In this document: in pieces, positions 54,421 to 63,074 of the stretch
Position numbering within the stretch: position 1 is the first letter of the stretch
Layout of the letters: every line of letters begins with the position of its first letter
Assembly (NCBI GenBank): GCA_963719945.1
Contig: CAVRDX010000001.1
Location: forward strand, 96,001 to 160,000
Length of the DNA stretch: 64,000 nt
From: an uncultured Thermoplasmata archaeon
GTDB taxonomy: Archaea; Thermoplasmatota; Thermoplasmata; UBA10834
Reading direction: 5' to 3'
The notes under the pieces: generated by a model
Told to the model about the DNA's origin: nothing
The model's input: only the letters and a program-made list of their open reading frames with translations
Database searches by the model: none
Translations under genes and position numbers: made by a program

Positions 54421-55564
54421 TGTACAAAGGCTCCCCGTCACATACTATGGATCTCAGAGTCTCCTCGTTGAGCTCGACTACTTCAGAGGGTAATGGCGCA
54501 TAGTAGAGACTGTCTGAATACTCCTGTCCATCATGCACCATCCACCACAGGAAATCCACAAGCGCCTTTCCTTTCTGGTTGTCCGCTTGTTCCTTGTATA
54601 CGAGTATGTATGTGAAGCTGGCTATCGGATACGAATCATCTCCAGGTGCATTCAAAATCTCAACGCCGTCCCAGCTCTCATCCCCAGCCGGCAGAGTGGC
54701 CGCGCTTGCTGCAGCGGCTGCAACAGTGGATTCAGTTGACGGAAGCACGAAGAGCCCCTCCAAATTCTGAATGGCTGCGTAATCGATTTCGTTCTCAATC
54801 GCATACGAGAGCTCGAGGTACCCTATGCTGTATGGTGTCGTGGACATCGCGCCTGCGACTCCTCCGTTTCCGGTACCCCCTATGGTCTCAGTTGGCCAGT
54901 CGATGGTCTTCGATGCTCCATATAACTCCATCCAAGTCTCGTTCACCTTCGAAAGATAGGAACTCCAGATGAATGTCGTTCCACTGCCATCCGCTCTCCT
55001 GACTACGGTTATCGGTTCGTCCGGAATGGTCAGGCCAGGGTTGATTGAAGCAATCTCGGGATCGTTCCAGTTCGTGATGTTGAGCATGAATATCCCGGCA
55101 ATCACATCTCCAGTAAGGTTCAGGCCATTGTCCAGCTCGGGAACATTGTATGCACATACCACTGCGCCCAATGTCTCCGGTATGTGAAGTAGTCCAAGAT
55201 CATCCTTGTCGGTCGTGAGCGGAGCATCCGTTCCGGCGAAATCCACGAGATTATCGACTATTCTGCTTATTCCTCCACTGCTTCCAACCCCTTCATAGCT
55301 CACCCTCACAGAGGTCTCATTTTCGTAGACCTGTACCCACTTCGAAATCAATGGAAATGGGAAGGTCGCTCCCGCACCAGATAATGTGACGTTATCATTT
55401 TCATGGGAGTTTAGAATCTGCAGAGCAAAAACCACTCCGATTAGTAGAGCAACGATGGCGGTTGCCATCACCAACTTCATCGGCTTTATTTTTCCGCGAT
55501 TCTTCTGGGCTGCAGCAATTCTTCCACGGACATCAGTTGAATCTTTATTCGTTTCTTCGCTCAT
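54413..55564 (-). CDS. pstS: Phosphate-binding protein PstS
   Basis: GAGATFP, GSSGG, DFAGTD, RADGSGTT, YPI. Confidence 0.96.
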   Translation of the reverse strand: MSEETNKDSTDVRGRIAAAQKNRGKIKPMKLVMATAIVALLIGVVFALQILNSHENDNVTLSGAGATFPFPLISKWVQVYENETSVRVSYEGVGSSGGISRIVDNLVDFAGTDAPLTTDKDDLGLLHIPETLGAVVCAYNVPELDNGLNLTGDVIAGIFMLNITNWNDPEIASINPGLTIPDEPITVVRRADGSGTTFIWSSYLSKVNETWMELYGASKTIDWPTETIGGTGNGGVAGAMSTTPYSIGYLELSYAIENEIDYAAIQNLEGLFVLPSTESTVAAAAASAATLPAGDESWDGVEILNAPGDDSYPIASFTYILVYKEQADNQKGKALVDFLWWMVHDGQEYSDSLYYAPLPSEVVELNEETLRSIVCDGEPLYNE

Positions 55565-55679
55565 TGTATCACCTGCGGTCTTCTTGCTTTCTCTGTCTCT
55601 TCAATGATCAGCAGGCGACCATTGGCGCTTGAATGTTCAGAGCCTAGATGTCATTGTCAAACTGTGTCAAGCCATCGCA

Positions 55680-55745
55680 TATATAGAAGTATAGTCTCTA
55701 TATAGAAAGCAATAATATCACCTCGTGCCAATGTGTGTATATAGA
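55680..55745. promoter_or_regulatory. Triple TATATAGA motif in the divergent pstS/regulator promoter
   Basis: Copies at 55680-87, 55699-706, 55738-45. Confidence 0.5.
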
Positions 55746-55755
55746 GTCCAATTAA

Positions 55756-56775
55756 TTGGTGTTGATACCTTTGCAGGAATCTAGGCGAATTCAAAAGACC
55801 GGAGGGTCGACCTACACGATCTCCCTCCCGAAGAGATGGGTGGTGGACTCCGGTCTGAAAAAGGGCGATTTTCTATTAATGACGATAGGCAGTGATGGAT
55901 CACTTTCGATAGATTCTGTTTCTCCCCGAGAGACCGAGAAGTTGACGAAAGAGATATCAGTCGATAGCAAGACTGATCCACGAACATTGCTGAGACAGCT
56001 TATCGGTGCATATGTCACGGGTCATGACGTGATTCATGTGAGATCCAATTCCAGAATTCTCCCTGAGATTAGAAGGGCTGTTCAGGATTTCTCAAGAAGG
56101 GTGATTGGCCCTGAGATTATCGAAGAGAGTTCCAACCATATTGTTGTGCAAGATGTCGCTGACCATGCTGACCTGGCCATGCGGAAGGTCGTCCGCCGAA
56201 TGCACCTGATGGTGAAGAACATGTTCGAGGAGGCAGTGAGGGCAGTCGATAGTATGGACGTCACTCTTGCTGATGAGGTCATCGCAAGGGATGATGAGGT
56301 TGATCGACTTCATTGGTTCGTGGAGAAACAGCATGCGACTATCCGTCGTAATGTATCATTTGCGGTCAAGATGAAGATGAGCTGGTTGGAGTCCGACGTA
56401 CTGCTTTCCACGGCGAAATCGTTAGAGAGGATAGCGGACCACGCTGTTCGAGTCGCGCACAGCGTTCGATTGCTCAAGACATCGAAGGTGGATCGCGTGG
56501 TGATATCAGACCTCGAGCGATTGAGTAGTGGTGCGGTCTCAATCCTCGATGACAGTATCGAAGCCTTGTTCAAGAGCGATTCTATCCTTGCCAACAAGTG
56601 TCTGGATCGGTCATCCAGTCTTCAAGACGAGATAAACAAGTTCCTTGAGGGTGCGATGACCCGACGGGGGAAGGTTGCAGTCGGGCTGGCATTTGCAGCT
56701 GAGAGTGTATCACGAGCTTGTGGGTATTCATCGGATATCGCAGAGACTGCTATCAACCTCGCAGAAGGGCAATAA
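55756..56775 (+). CDS. Archaeal phosphate uptake regulator (AbrB-like N-terminus plus PhoU domains)
   Basis: RRIQKTGGSTYTISLPKRW, DDEVDRL, LERIADHA. Confidence 0.9.
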   Translation: MVLIPLQESRRIQKTGGSTYTISLPKRWVVDSGLKKGDFLLMTIGSDGSLSIDSVSPRETEKLTKEISVDSKTDPRTLLRQLIGAYVTGHDVIHVRSNSRILPEIRRAVQDFSRRVIGPEIIEESSNHIVVQDVADHADLAMRKVVRRMHLMVKNMFEEAVRAVDSMDVTLADEVIARDDEVDRLHWFVEKQHATIRRNVSFAVKMKMSWLESDVLLSTAKSLERIADHAVRVAHSVRLLKTSKVDRVVISDLERLSSGAVSILDDSIEALFKSDSILANKCLDRSSSLQDEINKFLEGAMTRRGKVAVGLAFAAESVSRACGYSSDIAETAINLAEGQ

Positions 56776-56917
56776 TCATCAGCAACTTTCCTGTCTTCGC
56801 TTCACATTTTGATCCCTATGTAACGCCAGCTCTCATCTCTGCAGATTCGACCCTGATGACTGAGGCTGTTTCTAATGGCAGTTCTCTACAGCGCAATGAA
56901 TCGGCTTTATCGTTCAT

Positions 56918-57031
56918 TTCTTTACAATCAAAGAAATCGATGAATTCATGATTCGCAATTAGCTTTGAAGATTATAGCTGGCAGTTTTAATTGGGGGTAA
57001 ATTCCGGGCTATAATCCGGGCCCTCGCACAT
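56918..57031 (+). repeat. att-like repeat R5
   Basis: 114-bp copy with intact core. Confidence 0.95.
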
Positions 57032-57231
57032 TTTAATATTTGCGAAAAGATTTACGTTCATGCAGATGCCGGATCGAGAGCAAGCCCGTATCGGCATCAT
57101 TCGGTGCCCCCGAAGTGATTATATTCAGCAATTATATCTCATCACTGCTGAGCGTCGGAGAGGCCTTTCAACATTGGGATTGGAATCATGGATGAGTCGC
57201 TCTTATCGTTCTAAGTAGGCCAACTGGTGAA

Positions 57232-57786
57232 ATGATGGATTTCGTCACGGTGATTCTAATTGCGATTGGGCTATCCATGGATGCTTTTGCAGTTTCAATT
57301 GCCAAAGGAATATCTGTAAATAAGAACAGAAGAAGATCCGCAATCCTATTGGCTTCTCTTTTTGGAGGGTTTCAAGCGCTGATGCCCGTAATCGGTTGGT
57401 TTGCAGGTCTGGGCCTAAGGGACATAATCATGGGAGTCGACCATTGGATTGCATTTGGGCTACTCGGGCTCATTGGCGCAAAGATGATCTACGACTCAAC
57501 GAACGGTGAAGATGGTAAGGAGGAAGATGTTACAATATTCGCGGCACTCGTCCTCGCAGTTGCGACCAGCATCGATGCTTTGATGGTTGGTCTCAGTTTC
57601 GCATTCTTGGAGACACCTATCTTGATCCCCGTCCTGATCATTGGAGCAGTAACCTTTGTGCTATCTTATCTGGGATTCATATTCGGCTCAAGGATGGGAA
57701 GCATCTTCGGCAAGAAGGTAAAGATTCTTGGCGGCCTTATCCTCATATTAATCGGGATACGGATCTTGATAGAGCACTTACTATAG
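57232..57786 (+). CDS. mntP: Manganese efflux pump MntP (cassette 6)
   Basis: LSMDAFAVS, FQALMP, DHWIAF, ATSIDAL. Confidence 0.95.
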   Translation: MMDFVTVILIAIGLSMDAFAVSIAKGISVNKNRRRSAILLASLFGGFQALMPVIGWFAGLGLRDIIMGVDHWIAFGLLGLIGAKMIYDSTNGEDGKEEDVTIFAALVLAVATSIDALMVGLSFAFLETPILIPVLIIGAVTFVLSYLGFIFGSRMGSIFGKKVKILGGLILILIGIRILIEHLL

Positions 57787-57886
57787 ACAACCGGGAGTTC
57801 AAGGGCTACATCCATTGTCATCGATTGATTGATATTGATCGTGGGGGTCGAATCCCATCAACATTGCCCCTTGATGACTGGTTCAT

Positions 57887-58000
57887 TTCTTTACCATCAA
57901 AGAATTCGGAGAATTCAAGAACCACATTTGGCATTGAAGATTATAGCTGACAGTTTTAATTGGGGGTAAATTCCGGGCTATAATCCGGGCCCTCGCACAT
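57887..58000 (+). repeat. att-like repeat R6
   Basis: 114-bp copy with intact core. Confidence 0.95.
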
Positions 58001-58054
58001 TTTAATAATCTGGCGTGAATTAATGTGTGGGTGTTGTCTGCTCCGAATGCTTTA

Positions 58055-59476
58055 CTACCTCTTTCCTCCAATCGATTCTTGCGTCGAGAGGAGGAGTCTC
58101 CACAGAGGAAAAAGGGTGATAGCGACATCGCCCAACTCCATGGTCCCCTCTCTGTCTTTCGTGACAAGGTAGGCTTTGTTGCAGCCATGCACTTCACAGA
58201 ACCTCGCAAGTCCCTTCGCGTCAGATTTGTAGATGCTGGTCTGGTACTTGAGTTCGATTGGAACAGGACCGTGTCTTGATGGCAGCACTATGTCAACCTC
58301 GTTCCCCTGCGGGTCTCTCCAGAAGAAGACCTGTGACGTCCTTGAGAGGTGGTTGTACGCGGCGGTTTCCGCCAACCTTCCGAGTTCCTGACTTCCAGTC
58401 ATATCATCCAGTCCAAGAAGGGCACTGATCAATCCAGTGTCCGTGAGATATGCCCGTTTCGAGGATCGCGCCTGTTTGACCATGCTCTTGGTGTAGTTGT
58501 AGCAGGTCGAGAAGAGCATCGCCCGCTCCAGGATAGAAAGGTACTTCGAGGCCGTTTGTGCCTTCATTCCTATGTCCGGTGCGATGTTGGCGATCTCGAA
58601 CATTTGAGAACTCATGGAGGCGAGTATCTTCAGGAGGTGCATCATGCTCGCAGGGTTCGCGATGCTCTCAGTCTCGGGAAGGTCGTGATACACCACTCTG
58701 TCCAAGACGGATTGCCGGATGTATCTGTGTACCTTTGTGATGGGTTGCATGCCGACCGTCTCCGGATATCCCCCTCTGACCAGGTAGTTGGTCAATGCGT
58801 TCGTGACCTCGTTCTGAATGAGCATGAATGACTCCGGGACCGGAGCGCCCGACCCTATGGGTGGGATTCGTGGCACCTCAATCCCTTTGAACGCCAGATA
58901 TTCTCGGAAAGACAAAGTCGGAATGGTGATATCGAACGCCCTTCCCGCAAGGCTCTCGCCCATGCCCTTCCTCAACCCGAGCGACGACGATCCTGATGCG
59001 AATATCTTCACGTTCGGTTTCGTCTCATAGATGCGCTTGAGGATGGTAGGCCATTCATTAATGAACTGTATCTCGTCGAGGAACAGGAATACCGGGTTCT
59101 TCTTCGAAGGCTTGGTTGGAACTACGTTCTCAAGGAAGTATGATACGACATCCTCGAGGATTGTGTGTTCCCTCGATAGGACTTCGTCAAAGGAGAAGTA
59201 CATAGTGTTCTTGGAATTGACGCCCCTGTCGAGCAAATCCTGCATCGTCTTGGTGATTGCCGTGGTCTTCCCCGACCTCCTCGGCCCCGTGACAAGGACA
59301 ATCTGTCGGTCATCGGCGAAGCTTGTCAACTCCTCAATCGATTCCCTCTGGATGATTTCTTCAACGTGCTCAGCGAGGGATTCACCTCTCCACTGTGGAT
59401 TCGAGATCACTATCTGTCTCACGAGCCTTTCGTTCACGGTGAATCGATATAATTGTGAGTTTATAATGATTTCCAA
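58055..59476 (-). CDS. AAA+ ATPase (AAA_14) with DUF4143 / PD-(D/E)xK C-terminus (cassette 7)
   Basis: NPQW, GPRRSGKT, LDEIQ, SGSS, GGYP, DTGL, EVD...IELK; start uncertain. Confidence 0.88.
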   Translation of the reverse strand: MEIIINSQLYRFTVNERLVRQIVISNPQWRGESLAEHVEEIIQRESIEELTSFADDRQIVLVTGPRRSGKTTAITKTMQDLLDRGVNSKNTMYFSFDEVLSREHTILEDVVSYFLENVVPTKPSKKNPVFLFLDEIQFINEWPTILKRIYETKPNVKIFASGSSSLGLRKGMGESLAGRAFDITIPTLSFREYLAFKGIEVPRIPPIGSGAPVPESFMLIQNEVTNALTNYLVRGGYPETVGMQPITKVHRYIRQSVLDRVVYHDLPETESIANPASMMHLLKILASMSSQMFEIANIAPDIGMKAQTASKYLSILERAMLFSTCYNYTKSMVKQARSSKRAYLTDTGLISALLGLDDMTGSQELGRLAETAAYNHLSRTSQVFFWRDPQGNEVDIVLPSRHGPVPIELKYQTSIYKSDAKGLARFCEVHGCNKAYLVTKDREGTMELGDVAITLFPLWRLLLSTQESIGGKR

Positions 59477-59625
59477 TATATCTAAATGTGTTATTGGGCT
59501 TCAACTGCTCCACAGACAGCACCTGCAACGCTACCAGCTCGACCCTTAGTTCGGCAGCCGATCTCGCTGGCGATGCCCTCGAGATCGCCGAGACAGCGGT
59601 CGACACTGTCGAGAAGCTCGCCTCG

Positions 59626-59739
59626 TTTTTTACCATCAAATAATTCGGAGAATTCACGGATCGCATTCGGTTTTGAAGATTATAGCTGGCAGTTTTAATT
59701 AGGGGTAAATTCCGGGCTATAATCCGGGCCCTCGCACAT
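59626..59739 (+). repeat. att-like repeat R7
   Basis: 114-bp copy with intact core. Confidence 0.95.
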
Positions 59740-59764
59740 TATTATTCATAATGATGGATGATTG

Positions 59765-60625
59765 TCAAGTTGTTCGATGGCTCGCTGCACCGTGTGCTCG
59801 CTTGGGTGATTTGATCCGATGGGGTCGCACCTTTCTGTCGACCACTATCTGATTGTTCTTTTCGAGATAGTCTAGGCACTCTCTGATAAATGCAGGGGTT
59901 TCCCTCAATTCGGTTGAGAGTCCATCGACCGAGTTCATCCCCTTGTCAATTAGTGTGAGCAACCGCTGGGCACCCATCTTCAATTCCGCTCTTGTCTTCA
60001 GTGCTCGTTTCCAGGGGACTTTCACACCGTATCTCCTTTCCATCTCATCGAGCTTCGTGAGAAGGAACGCCTCCCAGATGCTGCTCTTTCTCAGCCCTTC
60101 GGGATCAGTCTGATTATCGCACTCCTCTAGGATGATATCGCGGCTCAATCCTTTTCTGAACAACGCGATCATGTCGTCAAGGTCTCTTGATCTCTCAGTT
60201 ACGCTCTTGAGCAGGAATATATCTTCTCGCGAACAAATATACAGAACAAGTTCTCCCCATTCGTCAACCCGCTCTGCTCTTCGAATCATCCCTTCGGAGA
60301 GCCTTAGTTTGTTACAGATCCTTTCGGCGAAGATGTCGGCTCGCACCCCTCCTGAAGCGGACAATATTGTCGCGTCTACAAGTGCGTGACATTCCTGTGG
60401 ATGCCTGGTATTGACATCGAATCCTAGCGATTCGAAAGCTCTCTTGAGTTCCTGCGCTTCAAGCGATGATCGCACTATCAGATCCAAGTCCTTGGTAGCA
60501 TCCTTCTCGCCTCTGAGAGCCATTGCTCCACCTCCCACCAAGTAGACTTGGATTCTCATGCTACAGATATTCCCGACCTTCTCCATTATTGAAAGGACCT
60601 CTGATTTGCTGATTTGGGCCGGCAT
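59765..60625 (-). CDS. Nucleotidyltransferase, second copy (cassette 8)
   Basis: Protein identical to 46349-47209. Confidence 0.7.
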   Translation of the reverse strand: MPAQISKSEVLSIMEKVGNICSMRIQVYLVGGGAMALRGEKDATKDLDLIVRSSLEAQELKRAFESLGFDVNTRHPQECHALVDATILSASGGVRADIFAERICNKLRLSEGMIRRAERVDEWGELVLYICSREDIFLLKSVTERSRDLDDMIALFRKGLSRDIILEECDNQTDPEGLRKSSIWEAFLLTKLDEMERRYGVKVPWKRALKTRAELKMGAQRLLTLIDKGMNSVDGLSTELRETPAFIRECLDYLEKNNQIVVDRKVRPHRIKSPKRAHGAASHRTT

Positions 60626-60628
60626 CGT

Positions 60629-61549
60629 TCACTTCACCCCATATTGTATTCGTAATTCCTGCATATCCGACCTGCTAGGGAATAGCAGGTTCTCGACGTC
60701 TTCACCATCGAGGTATTTTATCATCAGTTCGGATAGTTCCCCCACCCCCATCGCATCTCCTTGTCTACGTAGGTATCCTGACCTGTAGCCACTCTTGAAC
60801 AGGAAGAGCAAGCTGTATGCGATGCCTCTTGAGCTGCTTGGATCTATCAGGATGTTGTGGAGGGCGATATCCTCTGGTTTCAGACTCGGTCGCCAGTATG
60901 CATAGTGGTAATACTTCGTATCCGAAATGAACTGAAGTCCGCGTTGCGACATTGCTGTTACCCCAGTGCTGCGAATTCCAGATGTGTCTTTCAACTCTCT
61001 GGACGCGAATATAAACTGAAGCCCTTCGCACCAGAGTATCCTCCCTGCCGAGGTGATGTCATCGAGGACCGCGGCGCACGCTCCTCTGGAGAAGTCCTGT
61101 AGAAATCGTGTTAGTATCTTGTCTGATTGAGGAATCGAAATCACATCGCCATCCTGGGCAACTGCTGCAAATCCTTTCAATGCCCAGACGATTCTGCGAA
61201 CAGATTCTGGAGCAAGTCGCGTTTCAGTTGCGATTCTTCCGAGCGTCTTTTGATTACTGGAGGCCGAGAGCATGACGAGGAGCCTGGAACCAATCAGTGG
61301 TTCGATTGCACGAGAATTTCCTTCTAGATATGTTGCCAGTGCTTTTGAGTGACCATGCGAGTTTATGAAGATTATATTGATCTTCCCATCTCTCCGACTT
61401 GTCACAAGCTTCTTTGACGATAGAGACTGGATTATTCTGTAGATTGAGATATTCGATAGGCCCGTATCTTCTATTAATGCAGCTGCTGATACATGACCAT
61501 CGCATACTGACTTGAATACTCGGAGTTCATTCTTGTTTAGAATATACAT
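60629..61549 (-). CDS. wHTH regulator, second copy (cassette 8)
   Basis: Differs from the first copy at three residues (E/D, S/N, V/A). Confidence 0.65.
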   Translation of the reverse strand: MYILNKNELRVFKSVCDGHVSAAALIEDTGLSNISIYRIIQSLSSKKLVTSRRDGKINIIFINSHGHSKALATYLEGNSRAIEPLIGSRLLVMLSASSNQKTLGRIATETRLAPESVRRIVWALKGFAAVAQDGDVISIPQSDKILTRFLQDFSRGACAAVLDDITSAGRILWCEGLQFIFASRELKDTSGIRSTGVTAMSQRGLQFISDTKYYHYAYWRPSLKPEDIALHNILIDPSSSRGIAYSLLFLFKSGYRSGYLRRQGDAMGVGELSELMIKYLDGEDVENLLFPSRSDMQELRIQYGVK

Positions 61550-61743
61550 TGTGTGCAATAATTGATTGTTCATATATATAGAATTTATCAATATTGACAC
61601 AAATGTTGCGGTTCAATGAATATCAAAGCGTCGTGATATCCCTTCATCTTCTGCCGCTAGAGTACCAGGGTAGCAATCATCAAGGTCCATTCCATTTTGA
61701 ACTCAGCTTGACAATATGACCCTGGAATAATCTGATATCCTAT

Positions 61744-61857
61744 TTCTTTGCCATCAAAAAATTCGGAGAAATCAAGGATCGCATTTGGCTTCGAAGATTC
61801 TAGCTGGCAGTTTTAATTAGGGGTAAATTCCGGGTCATAATCCGGGCCCTCACACAT
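61744..61857 (+). repeat. att-like repeat R8 (arm identical to R3; core G>A)
   Basis: Core reads CCCTCACACAT. Confidence 0.93.
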
Positions 61858-61937
61858 TTCAATTCTTGATTCCAAATATCCATTGTGGCACCGTCTATGC
61901 CATCATCTTCTATCCTCCGTTCAAGGGTGCTTTCTCC

Positions 61938-61987
61938 TACCCTTACATATTGCATGCATTAGAAAACTATATGCATATGTAAGGGTA
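61938..61987. promoter_or_regulatory. 13-bp perfect inverted repeat upstream of the Fic gene
   Basis: TACCCTTACATAT-N24-ATATGTAAGGGTA with a TATA-like AACTATAT inside. Confidence 0.6.
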
Positions 61988-61996
61988 TGAGATGTC

Positions 61997-62893
61997 ATGG
62001 TCGTCATTAGGAAGAAGACGGTCGATGGTCGGGAGTACTTTTATCTCCAGCACACTATCAGAACTCCCTCGGGCGTTCAAACCCGTGAGAAGTATCTTGG
62101 AGCGAAATTGCCTCACGATGTCGAGGCTTCAAAGAGGGACTTCCTTACAGAGATTTACAGAGAGCGATGGTATCCACTTCTGGATCAGGTTCGTTCGAAC
62201 TACCAGAAGGAGAAGCGTGCACTACCACCTAGCACCCTCCAGAAGCGTGATCGCCAATTCTCAATCAAGTTCACATATGATACGAATCGCATCGAAGGTT
62301 CGAGACTCACTTATCGTGAAACGGCTGATTTGCTCGAGAGAGGACTGAGTCCAAGCCAGAAACCGATTGAGGACATCAAGGAAGCCGAGGCCCACGACAG
62401 AGTCTTCCGGGAAGCGCTGCGATACAAGAAAGACCTGTCACTGCAGACGATCTTGATGTGGCACAAGAAGCTGTTCGAGGAGACGAAGCCAGATATAGCA
62501 GGGAGAGTCAGGACTTACCAGGTGGCAATCTCTGGGAGCCGATTCATGCCTCCTAGCCCCGTCGAAATCCAACCATTGCTCAGAGAATTCTTCCGATGGT
62601 ATAATCGGAACAAACCTTCCATGCACCCAGCCGAGTTGGCTGCTGGAGTTCATCTGAGATTCGTGACAATACATCCGTTTGCCGATGGAAACGGCAGGAT
62701 GAGCCGTCTCCTAATGAACTTCGTATTGCATCGAAACGGATATCCTCCTCTGAATATTCCGTATGAGGGTCGTCGGGGCTACTACAATGCGCTTGAGCGG
62801 TCCCAGGTGAAGGAGAGCGACAGCACCTTCATTCAGTGGTTCTTCAAGAGGTATCTCAAGGAATACTCAACATACACCATGACCACGAAGTGA
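61997..62893 (+). CDS. Fic family protein (cassette 9)
   Basis: HPFADGNGRMSR catalytic motif; TNRIEG inhibitory-type motif. Confidence 0.93.
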   Translation: MVVIRKKTVDGREYFYLQHTIRTPSGVQTREKYLGAKLPHDVEASKRDFLTEIYRERWYPLLDQVRSNYQKEKRALPPSTLQKRDRQFSIKFTYDTNRIEGSRLTYRETADLLERGLSPSQKPIEDIKEAEAHDRVFREALRYKKDLSLQTILMWHKKLFEETKPDIAGRVRTYQVAISGSRFMPPSPVEIQPLLREFFRWYNRNKPSMHPAELAAGVHLRFVTIHPFADGNGRMSRLLMNFVLHRNGYPPLNIPYEGRRGYYNALERSQVKESDSTFIQWFFKRYLKEYSTYTMTTK

Positions 62894-62907
62894 TTTCTTC
62901 AGGACCG

Positions 62908-62997
62908 TTTCTTACCATCAAAAGAATTCAAGAATCACATTTAGCTTTGAAGAATATAGTTGGCAGTTTCAATTAGGGGTAAATTCCAGGCCAATCC
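62908..62997 (+). repeat. Degenerate terminal repeat R9
   Basis: Arm recognisable with an internal deletion; ends AAATTCCAGGCCAATCC and lacks GGGCCCTCGCA. Confidence 0.88.
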
Positions 62998-63074
62998 CTG
63001 GAACGTCAAGGGCCTTCAATTCGTCTCAGTGTGAGATGTGAAGTCATTCTAGATGGCGATGCTCTTCGGTCTGT

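Larger units (their letters stand above)
43179..62997 (+). mobile_element. tRNA-Leu-anchored tandem array of nine att-delimited gene cassettes
   Basis: Nine direct repeats, eight ending in the tRNA 3' core; core-to-core unit lengths 1358, 1768, 2118, 1090, 7500, 969, 1739, 2118, 1154 bp; each unit holds whole genes. Confidence 0.88.

Noticed and set aside
57060-57231. yybP-ykoY Mn riboswitch upstream of mntP
   Set aside because: A hairpin (GATGCCG/CGGCATC) and TCAACAT are present, but I could not find the GGGGAGTAG and GAGACC elements; needs an Infernal search.
57841-57859. tRNA T-arm-like GTGGGGGTCGAATCCCATC
   Set aside because: Short and imperfect, with no acceptor strand; could be chance.
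44537-61857. Extra tRNA genes or split-tRNA halves
   Set aside because: Only about 16 nt of tRNA are copied, without a TTC T-loop or anticodon arm; better explained as att cores.
44443-62997. CRISPR array
   Set aside because: Repeats are ~114 bp with kilobase, gene-containing spacers, and there are no cas genes in the window.
44443-62997. Classical integron attC sites
   Set aside because: No RYYYAAC...GTTRRRY ends or full-length palindrome, no intI, and cargo lies in both orientations.
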